From assembly GCA_017444325.1 (NCBI GenBank), contig JAFSWV010000034.1, positions 1 to 35,403 on the forward strand: DNA of 35,403 nt, given 5' to 3'. The position numbers and the translations under genes are program-made. Positions 32,505 through 35,403 of the stretch are shown piece after piece (positions within the stretch are counted from its first letter, which is position 1; the number at the start of each line of letters is the position of its first letter). This DNA is from a bacterium (lineage in GTDB: Bacteria > Auribacterota > UBA3054). Under the pieces are notes generated by a model. It was not told the DNA's origin. It made no database searches and saw only the letters and a program-made list of their open reading frames with translations.

Positions 32505-33884
32505 TTACTCCAAAGAGATCTTGGTAGCCTTGACGCTGCCCCAGGCGCAGGGCAGGGAGAAAGTGACGGTGTTGCCGGAGCGCTTTTTGTCGCGGCGCAT
32601 GATTAATTTCAGGTCGTCCAGAGCTATGCCTTCGGGAAGCTTGGTGGGAAGACCGTGGGCGGCGAAGATCTCCGCCAGTTCTTCCGGGAAGCTTTCTTTG
32701 GCAAGGCCCTTTCTTTGGGCGATTCTGGCTTCCTCAACGCAGCCTATAGCCACCGCTTCGCCGTGGCTTATCGCAAAGTTGCTCCTAAGTTCCAGGGCGT
32801 GGCCGACGGTGTGGCCGCAGTTCAAAAGAATGCGGCGGCCGCATCTCTCAAAAGGATCTTCCCTTACGATATCAACTTTCACCTGCAGATTGTCGGCGAT
32901 CTCCCTGGCGGTCGGGATCTCGGAGAACTTGGGTTCGCTTCCTTTAATGAGAGCGTGCTTGATCATCTCCGCCTTGCCGACTTTCAGTTCTTTGACAGGG
33001 AGAGTTTTCAGTCTCTCGGCATCGATAAGCACGAGTCTGGGGGAATGGAAGGCGCCCACCAGATTCTTGCCGATCGCAAGGTCGCAGCCGGTCTTGCCGC
33101 CGGTGGAGGCGTCCACCATGGCAAGCAAGGTCGTGGGGAAATTGATCCATTCGATGCCGCGCATCCAGGTGGCGGCGGCGAAGCCTACGAGATCGCTGGT
33201 CACTCCCCCGCCGAAGGAAGCGATCGTATCCTTCCTGCCGATGGCGTGATCGTTCAGTATTCCCCAGATCTTTTCAATGGTAGAAATATTTTTAAACTCT
33301 TCGCCGGAGGGAATAAGTTCCAGAGCGGTGTCTTTTAGGGCTTCCGGCTGACAGTTGGCGGCGTTGGTGTCGGCGATGACAAGTTTGGCGAAGCCGTTAA
33401 GATCGCCCATGGCTTCACCCACGATGACCAGAGAGGTGGGAAGCGCGAAGGCTTTGGCGATCCTGCTCTTGAAGGAAGCGTAATGCTCTTTTCTTTCTTC
33501 GGCTTTGTTGCCCAGAGGGCGGGCGCCGGGGTTCCTTTGGAAACGCTTTTCCAATTCTTCCTTGGAAGGCGCTTCCAAAAGCCAGACGCGGCCGAAGCTT
33601 TCTGCTAGTTCGCGGTTCTCGGAATCGAGGAGCGTGCCGCCGCCCAAAGAGACTACGCTTTCGTTGAAATTCTCTTTTTGGGAGAGTTCGCGCAGCGTTT
33701 CCTTTTCAATGCTGCGGAAAAGAGCTTCCCCGCCCTCTTCAAAAATAGCAGGGATCGTTTTCCCGCGCTTTTTCTCTATCTCGCCGTCGAGGTCGAAAAA
33801 AGTTTTGCCCAGGCTCAGGGCCAGGTTTTTGCCAAGGGTGGTCTTTCCGCTGGCGGGAGGACCGTAAAGGAAGATCGCTGACAT
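32505..33884 (-). CDS. aroKB: Bifunctional shikimate kinase / 3-dehydroquinate synthase
   Basis: 459 aa. The N-terminal P-loop kinase region is LYGPPASGKTTLGK...DLDGEIEK. The C-terminal half is DHQ-synthase-like (GGGVTSDLVGFAAATWMRGI, DASTGGKTG, HTVGHALE). Confidence 0.88.
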   Translation of the reverse strand: MSAIFLYGPPASGKTTLGKNLALSLGKTFFDLDGEIEKKRGKTIPAIFEEGGEALFRSIEKETLRELSQKENFNESVVSLGGGTLLDSENRELAESFGRVWLLEAPSKEELEKRFQRNPGARPLGNKAEERKEHYASFKSRIAKAFALPTSLVIVGEAMGDLNGFAKLVIADTNAANCQPEALKDTALELIPSGEEFKNISTIEKIWGILNDHAIGRKDTIASFGGGVTSDLVGFAAATWMRGIEWINFPTTLLAMVDASTGGKTGCDLAIGKNLVGAFHSPRLVLIDAERLKTLPVKELKVGKAEMIKHALIKGSEPKFSEIPTAREIADNLQVKVDIVREDPFERCGRRILLNCGHTVGHALELRSNFAISHGEAVAIGCVEEARIAQRKGLAKESFPEELAEIFAAHGLPTKLPEGIALDDLKLIMRRDKKRSGNTVTFSLPCAWGSVKATKISLE

Positions 33885-33885
33885 T

Positions 33886-34683
33886 TTATTTCTCCCCCTG
33901 CAGTTTTTCTTTTATGGCTTTCCCTTCCGCAAGCTGAGAGACAAGGCTAGTCCTGTCGTCGTTTTCCAAAGCTGTCTTAAAGCCATTCAGCCTTTTGATC
34001 ATTCTTTCGAGGACCGGCAGAAGTTCCGCTTTGTTCATTAGGAAAAGGTCGGACCAAAGCTCTGGATCCGGGGCGCCGACGCGGGAGAGATCCCGGAAAC
34101 TGCCAGCGGAAAAACCGGAGCGCTTCAAAGCCAGTTCGTCCCTTAAGTAAGCGGAGGAAACGAGGTGGCAGAGCTGACTGGTGTAGGCGATCATCCTGTC
34201 ATGATCTTCGAGCGTTGTCATGACAACGCTTCCGAAACCCAGGTCGAAAAAGAAGGGCTTCAAGCTTTCCGCGGTATTTTGATCTTTGGGGAAGGGCGTC
34301 AGGATCATGGAAGCGCCTTTGAAGAGATCCTTGTCGGAATTTTCGAAACCGCTGACTTCCTTCCCGGCCATCGGGTGTCCGCCGATGAAGGTGAAGTCGT
34401 CGTTCAAAGCCTTCGCGACACCTGCGAGTACGGCGCTTTTGACGCCGCAGGCGTCCACGACGATCGCTCCTTTCTTCAGATCCCTGGCATGCTCATGAAG
34501 CCAATCGATGGCGACGGCCGGATGCAGAGCTATGATGACAAGGTCGGAATCGGAAAGTTCGACCGGATCGTTTTTGTCGATGCCCTTGACGTTGTAGCCG
34601 GCGGCCTGGGCGGCCTTGTAAAAGGAGCCGCCGATAAGGCCGAGGCCAATGATGGCGATCTCTTTAAAGTCAGATCTCGGCAT
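33886..34683 (-). CDS. tyrA: Prephenate (or arogenate) dehydrogenase
   Basis: 265 aa. The Rossmann motif is IAIIGLGLIGGS, and GGHPMAGKE is the catalytic His context. Confidence 0.85.
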   Translation of the reverse strand: MPRSDFKEIAIIGLGLIGGSFYKAAQAAGYNVKGIDKNDPVELSDSDLVIIALHPAVAIDWLHEHARDLKKGAIVVDACGVKSAVLAGVAKALNDDFTFIGGHPMAGKEVSGFENSDKDLFKGASMILTPFPKDQNTAESLKPFFFDLGFGSVVMTTLEDHDRMIAYTSQLCHLVSSAYLRDELALKRSGFSAGSFRDLSRVGAPDPELWSDLFLMNKAELLPVLERMIKRLNGFKTALENDDRTSLVSQLAEGKAIKEKLQGEK

Positions 34684-35403
34684 AAGCTCCTAAGAAGGTG
34701 AACTGTTCGATCTCCGGATCGGTGGAAAGCTCGGAAAGAAGCTTGATGGCGTCCGGGTCGTTGGGCTTGGCTTCGAATTCGAAGATGAAGCGGAATTCGA
34801 ATTCCATGCCTGGTATGGGCCTGGATTCCAGTTTGGTGAGGTTCAATCCTATGGAGGAGAACTTCGCCAGGATCGTGGCCAGAGAGCCCGGCTTGTGCGG
34901 CAAGGTCAGCATGACCGAGATCTTCGTGGCGTCCTTGTAGATCTCCAGTTCCCTTGAGATGCAGATGAAGCGCGTGAAGTTGGAAGGCGTGTCGCAGATG
35001 TTGGGATTCAGAACTTCCAGGCCGTAGAGCTCGGCGCAGTTCCTGGAGGCGACCACCGCCAGGTCCGTTCTGCCGCTCTCCTTTAGTTCCCTAGCCGCCA
35101 TGGCCGTGTTCGCGGCGGGCGTCTGCTTAACGTTTTTCATGCCGTGGAGGAAAATGGAGCACTGCGAAAGCGCCTGGGGATGGCTCTTCACTTCCTTGAT
35201 GTCGCTTTGCGTCACGCCCTTGTTGACCATGAGCGCGTGCGACACGTGGAGCTTGACAGCCTTCACGATCCTGAAGTCATGGCTCCTCATCTGGTCGTAG
35301 ACCGCCGTAACGGAGCCGGCGGAAGAGTTCTCAATGGGCAGCACGCCGTACTGGCACATGCCTTTCTCAACGGCGCTGAAGATATCGGCGAAGGAATGGA
35401 AGA
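34670..35403 (-). CDS. pheA: Prephenate dehydratase with a C-terminal ACT domain. The 5' end lies beyond the window, and an N-terminal chorismate mutase domain cannot be excluded.
   Basis: The reading frame stays open upstream of the ORF-track Met and reads ...FHSFADIFSAVEKGMCQYGVLPIENSSAGSV. The ACT region is MLTLPHKPGSLATILAKFSSIGLNLTKLESRP. It overlaps tyrA by 14 nt. Confidence 0.88.
   Translation of the reverse strand, partial: FHSFADIFSAVEKGMCQYGVLPIENSSAGSVTAVYDQMRSHDFRIVKAVKLHVSHALMVNKGVTQSDIKEVKSHPQALSQCSIFLHGMKNVKQTPAANTAMAARELKESGRTDLAVVASRNCAELYGLEVLNPNICDTPSNFTRFICISRELEIYKDATKISVMLTLPHKPGSLATILAKFSSIGLNLTKLESRPIPGMEFEFRFIFEFEAKPNDPDAIKLLSELSTDPEIEQFTFLGAYAEI

Noticed and set aside
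1-35403. A search by eye for tRNA, rRNA, tmRNA, riboswitch-like leaders, integrases, transposases, phage genes or recognisable defence-system genes.
   Set aside because: I recognised none. The intergenic regions are short and are explained by promoters, terminators or the repeat elements. A covariance-model scan (tRNAscan-SE, Infernal/Rfam) and a defence-system HMM scan would be needed to exclude them formally.

Overview
This is a 35.4-kb, gene-dense chromosomal segment with about 34 CDS. Hand counts put most of it at roughly 50-55% G+C. I saw no rRNA, tRNA or CRISPR array by eye. Most of the content is housekeeping.

Gene order, left to right:
- accC (partial, runs off the left edge) and accB.
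- Two secreted or membrane-anchored proteins of unknown function.
- A 593-aa secreted protein with a PEP-CTERM tail.
- murB and an esterase.
- An orphan NarL/LuxR response regulator, divergent from the next group.
- A tightly packed + strand string: rpoN, a secreted TPR-like protein, a TrmH-family methyltransferase, a 69-aa ORF, a 725-aa XPB-associated protein, an XPB/Rad25-type helicase and a polytopic membrane protein. A DUF805 gene with its own promoter follows.
- An 18.7-kb run of - strand genes: class-I aminotransferase, tsaD, a lipoprotein, pilD, tilS, mutS, a TPR/SPOR protein, radC, miaB and lipA.
- An AT-rich ParE/RHH toxin-antitoxin islet.
- An aromatic amino-acid supraoperon: aroA, aroC, aroD-aroE fusion, aroK-aroB fusion, tyrA and pheA (partial, runs off the right edge).

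The combination of sigma-54, a PEP-CTERM protein and fused aroDE weakly suggests a PVC-type or related lineage. That is inference only.

I cannot demonstrate a clear-cut new multi-gene system. The best candidates for something undescribed are:
1. A two-copy family of about 170-200-nt nested hairpin elements (3559-3757 and 16521-16690). Their core motifs are conserved and their stems differ between copies while staying self-complementary.
2. The XPB helicase module. Its 725-aa partner carries a paralogous copy of the XPB N-terminal domain, and a translationally coupled 69-aa ORF sits just upstream.
3. The motif-less, Cys/Trp-rich PEP-CTERM exoprotein.
4. An unusually compact (362-aa) EPSP synthase.

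Several promoters and two intrinsic terminators can be read directly. The promoters are either TTGCAA-N17-TAAAAT or TGn-extended -10 types.
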